Shown here: in pieces, positions 21,320-30,233 of the stretch
Layout: each line of letters starts with the position of its first letter
Numbering within the stretch: position 1 is the first letter of the stretch
Source of the DNA: Chitinophagaceae bacterium
GTDB lineage: Bacteria > Bacteroidota > Bacteroidia > Chitinophagales > Chitinophagaceae
Assembly: GCA_035318845.1 (NCBI GenBank)
Contig: DATHDV010000213.1
Location: 267 to 64,266, forward strand
Direction of reading: 5' to 3'
DNA: 64,000 nucleotides
The notes under the pieces: model-generated
What the model was told of the DNA's origin: nothing
The model's database searches: none
The model's input: only the letters and a program-made list of their open reading frames with translations
Program-made: the position numbers and the translations under genes

Positions 21320-22954
21320 ATGTATGATATTCTACAACTGAACGACATGCTCGTTCCCGAACTGCTGGATATTGCCGAGCAGTTAAAAATACCGAACACA
21401 AAAAAACTTGGCAAGCAGGAACTGGTCTATAAGATCCTCGACAGCCAGGCCATTGCCGGGTCGAAAGGCGCTAAACCCAGCGATGACGGCAAACGCAAGC
21501 GGATCATTAAAACCACTACCGGTATCAGCAGCGAAGAAGCGGTTGTAGAAAGTGGTGGTGAGGAAAAAACAATCATTAAAAAACCCAATATGCCCCCGAA
21601 AAAAGAAGAAAAACTCCCTATTAAAAAGACCCGCAAAAAGCCGGATGAAAAAGAAGTCGCATCAGAAGTTGCTGTAGAAACACAACCAACCGAAACGCAG
21701 GAAGATAATAAATCTGAAGAGAGCCGGTTGGCCCAGGCGATCCTTAATGAAGGTAACCAGCAATCAGCCGAAAATCCTGCCGGTGTTGGTCAAAATAAAT
21801 TTTACCCTCCCCGCCGTGAACAACAGTTCAATGTTGAATTTGACGGTGTAATATTAAGTGAAGGTGTATTGGAAATGATGCCCGATGGTTATGGTTTCCT
21901 CCGTTCATCTGATTACAACTATTTATCTTCTCCCGATGATGTATATGTATCTCCTTCGCAGATCAAATTATTCGGATTAAAGACTGGTGATACGGTACAT
22001 GGCGCTGTTCGTCCGCCGAAAGAAGGAGAAAAATATTTTGCTTTATTAAAAGTGGATACGATCAATGGCAAAAGTCCCGAGGAAGTTCGTGACAGGGTTC
22101 CATTTGATTATTTAACGCCACTGTTCCCATACGAAAAATTAAACCTTTTCACGACTGCCAGCGATTATTCAACACGGATCATGGACCTGTTCACACCGAT
22201 AGGTAAGGGCCAGCGTGGATTGATCGTGGCGCAACCAAAAACCGGTAAGACGATGTTATTGAAAGCGGTGGCCAATGCCATTGCAGCCAATCATCCGGAA
22301 TGTTACCTGATGGTAGTTCTTGTTGATGAACGTCCGGAAGAGGTGACCGATATGGAAAGAAGCATCAAGGGTGAGGTCATTGCTTCTACGTTTGATGAAC
22401 CAGCTGAAAAACATGTGAAGGTTTCAACGATCGCTCTGCAAAAAGCAAAACGATTAGTAGAATGTGGGCATGATGTTGTGATATTGCTTGACTCCATTAC
22501 CCGTTTGGCAAGGGCGCATAACACAGTGGCTCCTGCATCAGGTAAAGTATTATCCGGTGGTGTGGAAGCGAATGCGATGCAAAAACCAAAACAATTTTTT
22601 GGTGCGGCCCGTAAAATTGAGAATGGCGGTTCATTAACTATTATCGCAACGGCATTAGTTGATACAGGAAGTAAAATGGACGAGGTGATCTTTGAAGAAT
22701 TCAAGGGAACAGGTAATATGGAATTGCAGCTTGACAGGAAACTTTCCAACAGGCGTATCTATCCTGCTATTGACCTGGTGGCATCTTCCACCCGTCGTGA
22801 TGATCTGCTGCTGGACAAAGATGTGTTGCAAAGAATGAACCTGCTCCGTGTTTATCTTACCGATATGAATACCGAAGAGGCTATGAGAGAATTGCAGAAC
22901 CGGATGAAGGGAACGAAAAACAATGAAGAGTTTCTGGCGAGTATGAACCGGTAA
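21320..22954 (+). CDS. rho: Transcription termination factor Rho with long Lys/Glu-rich N-terminal insertion
   Basis: [15 protein letters not shown]; [17 protein letters not shown]; [11 protein letters not shown]; [11 protein letters not shown]. Confidence 0.98.
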   Translation: MYDILQLNDMLVPELLDIAEQLKIPNTKKLGKQELVYKILDSQAIAGSKGAKPSDDGKRKRIIKTTTGISSEEAVVESGGEEKTIIKKPNMPPKKEEKLPIKKTRKKPDEKEVASEVAVETQPTETQEDNKSEESRLAQAILNEGNQQSAENPAGVGQNKFYPPRREQQFNVEFDGVILSEGVLEMMPDGYGFLRSSDYNYLSSPDDVYVSPSQIKLFGLKTGDTVHGAVRPPKEGEKYFALLKVDTINGKSPEEVRDRVPFDYLTPLFPYEKLNLFTTASDYSTRIMDLFTPIGKGQRGLIVAQPKTGKTMLLKAVANAIAANHPECYLMVVLVDERPEEVTDMERSIKGEVIASTFDEPAEKHVKVSTIALQKAKRLVECGHDVVILLDSITRLARAHNTVAPASGKVLSGGVEANAMQKPKQFFGAARKIENGGSLTIIATALVDTGSKMDEVIFEEFKGTGNMELQLDRKLSNRRIYPAIDLVASSTRRDDLLLDKDVLQRMNLLRVYLTDMNTEEAMRELQNRMKGTKNNEEFLASMNR

Positions 22955-22957
22955 AGC

Positions 22958-23092
22958 GGATTTGAAAATGTGACGATGTCATAATTTGAAAATGAATACA
23001 GGGCCACCCTTTATCGGAGTGGCTTTATTATTTATTGTTCGCCAGATCAAAGATTATTTTCAAATCCTCAAATTCATTAATTTTCAAATTGC
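22958..23092. repeat. Periodic hairpin element (GATTTGAAAAT...ATTTTCAAATC/TTTTCAAATTG)
   Basis: Two TTTGAAAATG copies paired with TTTTCAAAT copies across the rho-mnmH gap. Confidence 0.6.
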
Positions 23093-23095
23093 TTT

Positions 23096-24241
23096 ATGGC
23101 GATCGAGAAAGTACATATTGAACAATTTCTTGAACTGGCAAAGCAATATCCCGTCATTGACGTTCGCAGCCCGGTAGAATATAAACATGCACATATTCCG
23201 AATGCGTATAGTTTGCCATTGTTTACTGATGAAGAAAGAAAAGTTGTCGGCACTACTTATAAACAACAAAGCCGTGAACAAGCTATTAAGGTTGGATTAG
23301 ATTTCTTTGGGCCGAAGATGAAGCTTATGGTTGAAAAAGCTGAAGAAATAATTGGCAATAGACAACAGGCAATAAACAATCCTTCTAATACCGAAAGCTC
23401 TTTGCCCATTGCCAATTGCCTATTGCTTTACTGCTGGCGCGGCGGCATGCGCAGCGCAGGTGTTGCCTGGTTATTGGATCTTTATGGTTTCAAAGTTTAT
23501 ACGCTTGTTGGCGGTTATAAAAAATTCAGAAATTATGTCCTGGATACTTTCAAAATTCCTTTCCACTTCAACATACTTGGTGGTTATACCGGCTCGGGGA
23601 AAACAGGGTTATTAAAAGCATTACAACAAAAGGGGGAGGGAGTTATTGACCTGGAAGGTTTTGCTAATCATAAAGGTTCTGCTTTTGGAAATATCGGTAT
23701 GCCGGCTCAGCCAACACAGGAGATGTTTGAAAATCTTCTTGCTACAAGCCTTAACGATGTAGGAAGTCAGAAGTCGGAAGTCGGAGGCTCTCTGAACTCT
23801 GACCTCATACCTCAGACCTCTGGTATCTGGCTCGAAGATGAAAGCCAGCGCATCGGCCTGGTCAACATCCCAAATGAGCTTTGGAAAAACATGCGGCAAT
23901 CTGCTGTTTATTTCCTGGATATCCCTTTTGAAGAACGCTTGAAACATATTGTGCAGGAATATGGTAACCTGGATCAGGAAAAACTAATTGATGCCATTAG
24001 CCGGATCTCTCAAAAATTGGGCAATTTAAATGCAAAAACAGCTATTTTGCTGCTAAAAGAGGGCAAAATCACCGAAAGTTTCGACATTTTGCTGAAATAC
24101 TACGATAAGCTTTATTTCAAGTCTTTGCACAATCGGGAAGGGATAAATTCGTTATTACATACAGTTGAATGTAAATCCATAACCCCTGAAAATACCAGCC
24201 TTCTTGCTCTTCAGTTCCAACATCAATATCAAACATCTTAA
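23096..24241 (+). CDS. mnmH: tRNA 2-selenouridine(34) synthase
   Basis: Rhodanese IDVRSPVEY and YCWRGGMRS; P-loop GGYTGSGKT; DLEGFANHKGSAFG; WLEDESQRIG. selD lies downstream. Confidence 0.96.
   Translation: MAIEKVHIEQFLELAKQYPVIDVRSPVEYKHAHIPNAYSLPLFTDEERKVVGTTYKQQSREQAIKVGLDFFGPKMKLMVEKAEEIIGNRQQAINNPSNTESSLPIANCLLLYCWRGGMRSAGVAWLLDLYGFKVYTLVGGYKKFRNYVLDTFKIPFHFNILGGYTGSGKTGLLKALQQKGEGVIDLEGFANHKGSAFGNIGMPAQPTQEMFENLLATSLNDVGSQKSEVGGSLNSDLIPQTSGIWLEDESQRIGLVNIPNELWKNMRQSAVYFLDIPFEERLKHIVQEYGNLDQEKLIDAISRISQKLGNLNAKTAILLLKEGKITESFDILLKYYDKLYFKSLHNREGINSLLHTVECKSITPENTSLLALQFQHQYQTS
23351..23426. repeat. Heptamer hairpin inserted in-frame in mnmH (IGNRQQAINN...LPIANCLL)
   Basis: GGCAATA-GACAACA-GGCAATA arm and TTGCCCA-TTGCCAA-TTGCCTA arm; same family as 8268-8340. 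Confidence 0.75.
23762..23822. repeat. Second heptamer hairpin in-frame in mnmH (GSQKSEVGGSLNSDLIPQTS)
   Basis: GGAAGTC-AGAAGTC-GGAAGTC arm and CTCTGAC-CTCATAC-CTCAGAC-CTCTG arm. Confidence 0.75.
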
Positions 24242-25892
24242 GCTTACGGCGTTATTCCTGTTATCGCCGCTGTTCTTTTTTGCCCAATCGCTTACCGGTC
24301 TGTGGACAGGAGCATTAAGCAATGACAGCGCTACTATCCGGAAAGATCAGTCATTTGAAATCGCATTGACGGAATACCGGGGCAAAGTATATGGTTATTC
24401 CCGCAGCGAATTTATCGTTAATGATACTTTGTATTACATTGTAAAAAGAGTAAAAGGAACCATTGATGGTGATGTGTGTGAAGTAACAGACGACGATATT
24501 ATTTCTTATAACTTTCGCGGAAAATTGGATAAGGGTGTAAAAGTAACCAGCATTTTTCGCCGCAACGAGGCAGACAGTACCTGGTATTTGGATGGCACCT
24601 GGAAAACAAATGCAACCCGGAAATATTATGCAGTAACCGGCAAAGTTGGTTTGCAGGAAGAAAAAGATCTGAATGCATCAAAACTTTTTCCGCACCTGGA
24701 AGAACTGAACCTGGCGAACGATGTCGCTTTTTATAAGGATAGAAAAGAAGGTCCCCCCATTGTTAAAGTCGCTCATCCTGAAAAAATAAAAACCGAATAC
24801 AATGATCGCCCTCAGCCTTTAGTGATCAACAACGATATTGCAATTGTTCCTGCTAAACCAAATTTACAAAAAGCAGAACCCGGTCCTGTCCCCGTTTTAG
24901 CTAATGAAACAATTGATGACATCGCAAAAGTTGAGTCGCAGGCAGAGCCGCGTGCTGATAAAAACCCGGTTGCCGATCTGCCAAAAACCGATATAAAGAA
25001 TATTCCTTCGGCCTCTGTTTCTGTTATTCCCATGCAGGTAACAAAAACAATTGCCGAAACCAAAAAGCCGGAGTTAATTGTAGCACCTGAGAAAACAACT
25101 ACATCTGTTGGTACTGTTACAGAAAAAAATGAAATAAAATCAGAGCCCATTGCTAAAACAGCAGAGAAACAGGAACAGTCTATTGTAAAAAATCAACCAT
25201 CGTCTATAAAACAAGCTTCTGCAATTGTAAATAACCCTGATACAAAAACGGTTGCTGTTGTAAACAATCCTGCTCCTGAAAAGAAAGAATCCCGCCCGGA
25301 TATCCCGGTCGGGCAGGTAAAATCACAGCCGATTGCTAAAACAGTAGTGAGCCAGGAAAAGCCAGTTGTAAAAACACAATCAGCACCAACAAAACAACCT
25401 GATGCAATTGTAAAGAAGACGGATACAAAGAGTGTTGCTATCAACAATCCTGTTCCTGAAAAAAAGGAACCCGAAACGGTTGCCAAACCAATAATACCAG
25501 AAGTTAAGAAGCCGGCTGCTGATGTAACAGCTAAAGCCGCTGTTATTGAAGGAAGAAAATCAGAATTCACACAGGTTGTGAACTTTAAAGCCGACAGTCT
25601 TGAGTTGTCTCTTTATGATAATGGAGAAATTGATGGCGATACGGTAAGTGTGTTTATGAATGGAGAAGTACTTATGTCAAGACAAGGTTTGAAAGCAAGT
25701 GCTATTAAGAAAACCATTTACATAACTCCGGATAATGAAGATTTTACATTGGTCTTGTTTGCAGATAATTTAGGAAAGTATCCTCCCAACACCGGCCTGC
25801 TGGTAGTACATGACGGGGATGATGTTTATAATCTTCGTTTCAGCTCTGATTTTCAGAAAAGTTCCGGGATAGTATTCAAGAGAAAAAAATAA
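24204..25892 (+). CDS. Exported hypothetical protein: N-terminal globular domain, P/K/E/T-rich linker with internal duplication, C-terminal YDNGEIDGDT domain
   Basis: 562-aa ORF with signal-like KHLKLTALFLLSPLFFFAQ; start codon uncertain (TTG, overlapping the mnmH 3' end). Confidence 0.8.
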   Translation: MLFSSNINIKHLKLTALFLLSPLFFFAQSLTGLWTGALSNDSATIRKDQSFEIALTEYRGKVYGYSRSEFIVNDTLYYIVKRVKGTIDGDVCEVTDDDIISYNFRGKLDKGVKVTSIFRRNEADSTWYLDGTWKTNATRKYYAVTGKVGLQEEKDLNASKLFPHLEELNLANDVAFYKDRKEGPPIVKVAHPEKIKTEYNDRPQPLVINNDIAIVPAKPNLQKAEPGPVPVLANETIDDIAKVESQAEPRADKNPVADLPKTDIKNIPSASVSVIPMQVTKTIAETKKPELIVAPEKTTTSVGTVTEKNEIKSEPIAKTAEKQEQSIVKNQPSSIKQASAIVNNPDTKTVAVVNNPAPEKKESRPDIPVGQVKSQPIAKTVVSQEKPVVKTQSAPTKQPDAIVKKTDTKSVAINNPVPEKKEPETVAKPIIPEVKKPAADVTAKAAVIEGRKSEFTQVVNFKADSLELSLYDNGEIDGDTVSVFMNGEVLMSRQGLKASAIKKTIYITPDNEDFTLVLFADNLGKYPPNTGLLVVHDGDDVYNLRFSSDFQKSSGIVFKRKK

Positions 25893-25897
25893 ATTTT

Positions 25898-25970
25898 ACC
25901 GCAGAGGTGGGGAGTCGCTGAGTCTTTAACCTTCCTGATCAAAAACCCTGCGCCTCTGCATCTCTGCGGT
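25898..25970. repeat. Inverted-repeat element ACCGCAGAG...CTCTGCATCTCTGCGGT
   Basis: 9-bp terminal inverted repeats with periodic CTCTGC copies. Confidence 0.7.
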
Positions 25971-26003
25971 TACATTCTCCCCAACTATTCCGAGATTTGC
26001 AGC

Positions 26004-27056
26004 ATGACTCAAGATCTTGTACGATTGACGCAATACTCTCACGGCGCAGGATGCGGCTGCAAAATTTCTCCAAAGGTTTTAGATGAAATACTGAAAAGCA
26101 GCATTGCTTTACCCGACAATAATAAATTACTGGTCGGCAATCACAGTAAGGATGATGCAGCAGTATATGACCTGGGAAATGGAATGGCGTTGATCTCTAC
26201 CACTGATTTCTTTATGCCGATCGTTGATGATGCCTTTGATTTTGGAAGGATCGCTGCGGCCAATTCCATCAGTGATGTGTATGCCATGGGCGGAAAACCA
26301 TTGATGGCGATCGCTATCCTCGGCTGGCCGGTGGGAAAGTTGCCGGTTGAATTGGCACAAAAAATAATTGAAGGCGGAAGAACGATTTGTGCTGAAGCTG
26401 GTATACCATTGGCAGGCGGACATAGTATTGATTCGCCGGAACCTATCTTTGGTTTGGCAGTGACCGGTATTGTTCCGATTGAATATTTAAAGAAGAATAA
26501 TACGGCGCAGGAAGGCGATCATTTATTCCTAACCAAGCCACTTGGCGTTGGCATTTTATCTACCGCACAAAAAAGAGGTTTGTTGAAAGAAGAGCATTTG
26601 CCAATAATGATCGGACAAATGACAACGCTGAATAAAATAGGTGAGGAGCTTGGTAAAATAAAAGGCGTGACCGCCATGACAGACGTTACCGGTTTTGGTT
26701 TACTGGGACATTTAATTGAAATGGCCGAAGGCAGTGGACTAAGTGCAGAAATTTATTACAACAAAATACCTGTGGCAGCAGGAGTGAAAGAATATATTGC
26801 TCAACGAATTTTCCCGGACGCCACTACCCGTAATTGGAGCAGTTACAGCGATAAAGTAAAATTTGAAAAGGGAGTGAACGTGATGGAGGCTTTTACTTTG
26901 CTGCCTGATCCGCAGACGAACGGCGGGCTGCTCCTAAGTGTAAATGAGAAAGATCTTGAACAGGTAAAAACTTTGTTACAAGAAAATGGCATTTCTTCCG
27001 TTATAGCGATAGGCAGAATGCTGACAGCTAATGAAAAAGTGGTTTGGGTGAAATAA
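26004..27056 (+). CDS. selD: Selenide, water dikinase (Cys form)
   Basis: LTQYSHGAGCGCKISP; TTDFFMPIVDD; NSISDVYAMGG; DVTGFGLLGH; PDPQTNGGLL. Confidence 0.97.
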   Translation: MTQDLVRLTQYSHGAGCGCKISPKVLDEILKSSIALPDNNKLLVGNHSKDDAAVYDLGNGMALISTTDFFMPIVDDAFDFGRIAAANSISDVYAMGGKPLMAIAILGWPVGKLPVELAQKIIEGGRTICAEAGIPLAGGHSIDSPEPIFGLAVTGIVPIEYLKKNNTAQEGDHLFLTKPLGVGILSTAQKRGLLKEEHLPIMIGQMTTLNKIGEELGKIKGVTAMTDVTGFGLLGHLIEMAEGSGLSAEIYYNKIPVAAGVKEYIAQRIFPDATTRNWSSYSDKVKFEKGVNVMEAFTLLPDPQTNGGLLLSVNEKDLEQVKTLLQENGISSVIAIGRMLTANEKVVWVK

Positions 27057-27075
27057 TAACCGAAACGTCTATTAC

Positions 27076-27921
27076 ATGAGGCATTTCATACTACTACTAA
27101 CGATATCGGCTTTAACCATTCATTCTTCTTTCGGTCAAAGTCATCCCGATTGGGAAGAAAGCGATAGGAAGATCATCGCCATTCTAACATCCATTAACAG
27201 GGAAAATCCCAGAGAGGTCGAAGCCGCTTTTGCCATAAATGGAAATATTCCAAAACAAAACCTGGGTTTTGGATGGAAACAATCTTTCCTGGCTTTAACA
27301 GGTGGTTATATACATATCTATGCGTGCTTATATTATTACAATGACAATATTGTAAGCTATACAATTCAACCTGAACTGCCTTACCAGCGGGATCTGAAAG
27401 AAAAATATTTAAATTGGTATGGTCGTGATTATACATTATTTGATACCGTAGTATATGAATATAGAAATACGAAGGTGGAGAAAGTGGTTATGAGACCGTT
27501 TAAATATCATGAAGATGAAATTCTGAAACCTTTGACAGAGTTTGTAAATAAGGATGAAATAAAGTTGTCGGAAAAAATGCTCGAATATATGTCCCCGGGG
27601 TCCGGCATGGAGTATGGCTGGGGTGGTGGATATCCCCCTACGATGTTTCGCAATCGTAAAGCCTTTAATCAACTAAAGGATAGTTTGACAATGGATGAAG
27701 CAAGGGTTTTATTATACTCGATAAACCCTGCCAGCAGGCTGACGGCAATAGAATTTTACAGGAAAAAAGATCCAACTCTTTTGCAAGAGCCGGATATTAG
27801 TTGCTGGATCGAAAGGATATACGAAGAAGTGCCCGAAATATTTACCCTGAACGGGTGTTTAGGAAGATTGCAAAACTGCCGGGAGCTTGTAGAAAAATAC
27901 TCAAAGATCGATCTTAAATAA
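27076..27921 (+). CDS. Exported hypothetical protein
   Basis: 281-aa ORF with signal peptide; no recognised motif. Confidence 0.75.
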   Translation: MRHFILLLTISALTIHSSFGQSHPDWEESDRKIIAILTSINRENPREVEAAFAINGNIPKQNLGFGWKQSFLALTGGYIHIYACLYYYNDNIVSYTIQPELPYQRDLKEKYLNWYGRDYTLFDTVVYEYRNTKVEKVVMRPFKYHEDEILKPLTEFVNKDEIKLSEKMLEYMSPGSGMEYGWGGGYPPTMFRNRKAFNQLKDSLTMDEARVLLYSINPASRLTAIEFYRKKDPTLLQEPDISCWIERIYEEVPEIFTLNGCLGRLQNCRELVEKYSKIDLK

Positions 27922-27925
27922 ACCA

Positions 27926-28450
27926 TTGAATACAAGAATTTGCATATTGACACTCCTCTCTTTGACCTTTCTATTTGGTTCCTGTAACAATGCTAAAAAG
28001 AAGGCGGAGGATAGCGCCGAAAAAATAAAGAAGAAAATCATTGAGAAAAAGGATAAGCTCATTGATGAAGTGATGCCGATCTTCAATTCAGACGTTCCTG
28101 ATACAAAGTCAAATAAAAAGCGTTTCAAAGAATTTCTTAAAACAGAAGCAACCGCAGATGTAAAAAATCTTTACTGCTATGACGATGCGATCGGTATTGA
28201 TGCTGACTACCAGTTCGCATTTACGTGCAATGATTCGACAATTCAAAAGATCATTACAAATCTTGGGTTGACGAAAACGGTTAAAGAAAATATTATAGGT
28301 TTAAGTTTTGCATCTGATTTTCCCTGGTGGGACACCGCACATATCAATCGATTAGAACCTTATTGGAAAAAGGGAGAGCATGAAACCTATTGGTATTTGT
28401 GGTTTGACGAAAAAACAAAAAAGGCTTATTTCTTCACTTTTGATATGTAA
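27926..28450 (+). CDS. Hypothetical lipoprotein
   Basis: Lipobox LFGSC; 4-nt gap from the upstream gene. Confidence 0.75.
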   Translation: MNTRICILTLLSLTFLFGSCNNAKKKAEDSAEKIKKKIIEKKDKLIDEVMPIFNSDVPDTKSNKKRFKEFLKTEATADVKNLYCYDDAIGIDADYQFAFTCNDSTIQKIITNLGLTKTVKENIIGLSFASDFPWWDTAHINRLEPYWKKGEHETYWYLWFDEKTKKAYFFTFDM

Positions 28451-28453
28451 GAA

Positions 28454-29386
28454 TTATTTTCTCCCTAAAAACACCTCCGCCATCATACACCTAACACTGC
28501 CGCCTTCTACTTCTTCAATCGTTGGCACAGCAATGGGCAACAATTTTGCATAAGCTTCCAGCATTTGTTTTTGTTCTTTCCGCAAAGAATCAAAAGCGGT
28601 CTTACTCATGACCAATATCTTTTCTCCTTTTTTATTTTTTACCGGCAACATATTACCTGCAAAGCGATGCATCTGTTCTCTTGTGATCGCAATGATACTG
28701 TGACCCGTTGATTCCAGCAGTTGCCGCACAGCTATCAGTTCCCATTCTTCATCAATAGCTTCTTCACAAAGCACGGCAAAATTTTCTCCAAGCGTCATCG
28801 CTACGTTGGTATGATACACCGGCATTCCGTTTTTATCCGTGGCCAGGAAAACAATGGCCTGGTAACCATTAGTGGCTGCAAACTTTTCCAATACAGAAAG
28901 ATTTGTCCTTTCCGACACGGCCGCATAGATCATCTTGTTGTCATGATCAAATACCATACTTCCGGTTCCTTCCAGGAATCTTCCTTCCACCTCAAACTCA
29001 CTCCAGTCCTGCAGATCTTTTACGATAAATTGATCAGCCAGTATTTTTATAATATCATCTCTTTTCTCCAGCCGGCGGCTGGGAGCATACATGGGAAAAA
29101 CGGTAACAATACCATCCGGAGAAGTGCTGAGCCAGTTGTTGGGAAAAATAGCATCGGGTTTGGCTGGTTCTTTGGTATCCTCGATCACCACCACATCTAT
29201 ATCATGGTTTCGCAGGGTTTGTACCATGTTATCAAATTCCAGTAAGGCTCTTTGTTGTATCCCGGTAGCTATCGGGGCCTCTTTACTGATGGCGGGGTTG
29301 GATTGAAAGTAATTATTGACTGCTGTTTCTTCATTGAATCCAAATGCAGCTGGGCGAATCATTAATATGGTGGATGCGAGGGGCAG
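28454..29386 (-). CDS. Amidinotransferase / arginine deiminase-related hydrolase (CtlX-like)
   Basis: LMIRPAAFGFNEET, PDAIFPNNW, LEGTGS, YHTNV, GGSVRCM. In-frame CTG at 29386 gives MPLASTILMIRP, longer than the track's ATG 29362. Confidence 0.88.
   Translation of the reverse strand: MPLASTILMIRPAAFGFNEETAVNNYFQSNPAISKEAPIATGIQQRALLEFDNMVQTLRNHDIDVVVIEDTKEPAKPDAIFPNNWLSTSPDGIVTVFPMYAPSRRLEKRDDIIKILADQFIVKDLQDWSEFEVEGRFLEGTGSMVFDHDNKMIYAAVSERTNLSVLEKFAATNGYQAIVFLATDKNGMPVYHTNVAMTLGENFAVLCEEAIDEEWELIAVRQLLESTGHSIIAITREQMHRFAGNMLPVKNKKGEKILVMSKTAFDSLRKEQKQMLEAYAKLLPIAVPTIEEVEGGSVRCMMAEVFLGRK
29261..29276. repeat. Short palindrome CCCGGTAGCTATCGGG inside the amidinotransferase CDS (encodes PIATG)
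   Basis: 16-bp palindrome with one mismatch; related copy TCCGATAACTATCGGA is intergenic at 32149-32164. Confidence 0.7.
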
Positions 29387-29401
29387 TGTGGTAGTTTTGG
29401 G

Positions 29402-29482
29402 GAACGCAGATCATCATGATGGTTAAGATGGTCTATGATCAATTATCTGCGTCAATCATCAAAATCATAAATATCAGCGTTC
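29402..29482. repeat. 9-bp-periodic inverted element GAACGCAGATCATCATGAT...ATCAGCGTTC overlapping the phhB stop
   Basis: 10-bp terminal inverted repeats with one mismatch and internal ATCAT periodicity. Confidence 0.65.
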
Positions 29483-29710
29483 TGTTATTGCATCAATTTT
29501 TTTGGCAAGCTTGTGGTCTTTGTCTGTAACAATATCTCCTGCATCATGGGTGTTGAGCCAGATCTCTACCGTATTCCACACGTTGGTCCACAACGGATGA
29601 TGATCCATTTTCTCGGCTTCTAACGCCACCCTCGTCATAAAAGCAAAAGCTTCACTGAAGTTTTTGAACTGAAATTTTTTATACAGTTTGTTGTCTTTTT
29701 CTTGCCACAT
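29474..29710 (-). CDS. phhB: 4a-hydroxytetrahydrobiopterin (pterin-4a-carbinolamine) dehydratase
   Basis: [25 protein letters not shown]; THDAG..VTDKD. Confidence 0.93.
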   Translation of the reverse strand: MWQEKDNKLYKKFQFKNFSEAFAFMTRVALEAEKMDHHPLWTNVWNTVEIWLNTHDAGDIVTDKDHKLAKKIDAITER

Positions 29711-29755
29711 GGTATATATTTTGAGATTTTGGAATTGGGAAATTTAGAAATTGTT

Positions 29756-30205
29756 CTAAAAGACCAAATGTTCTTTGTTTTTTATTTTTTCATTAGTTAG
29801 TTCTAATACCAATTGTACGCTGTTAATGGTTTTGATGGTTTGAATCGTTTCCTGCAATGATTCATCGCTTACCTCATCTCCTTTCATCAGCCATAAAAAG
29901 TCAAGGTGTTTGAATTCCGGTAATAGATATTCCCCGTCAAACTGGTTCTTGTACACATAATGTGATAAGAAACGGGTGGGCTCACAATATTCATAGACCG
30001 TAAAAAAATAGCTCCGCTTTTTTTTGGTAAGCTGAATTTCCAGGTCGTTATTGATGCGGAAGTTTAAACCGATCGTACTGTTGAGGTTCCAGCAAAACTG
30101 GTAATCTTTGACAGGAGCCATGATACCGATCAGCCTGGTATCGGAAAAAAATTCATCAGTAAGTTTTTCGGTATCAAGGACCAGTTTGAGGTTGCGGTCT
30201 GACAT
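29756..30205 (-). CDS. IPExxxVDY family protein
   Basis: LLPEFKHLDFLWLM variant of the namesake motif; DYQFCWNLN. Confidence 0.8.
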   Translation of the reverse strand: MSDRNLKLVLDTEKLTDEFFSDTRLIGIMAPVKDYQFCWNLNSTIGLNFRINNDLEIQLTKKKRSYFFTVYEYCEPTRFLSHYVYKNQFDGEYLLPEFKHLDFLWLMKGDEVSDESLQETIQTIKTINSVQLVLELTNEKIKNKEHLVF

Positions 30206-30233
30206 AAACTGAAATTCTTGTCCAAGTTACAAT

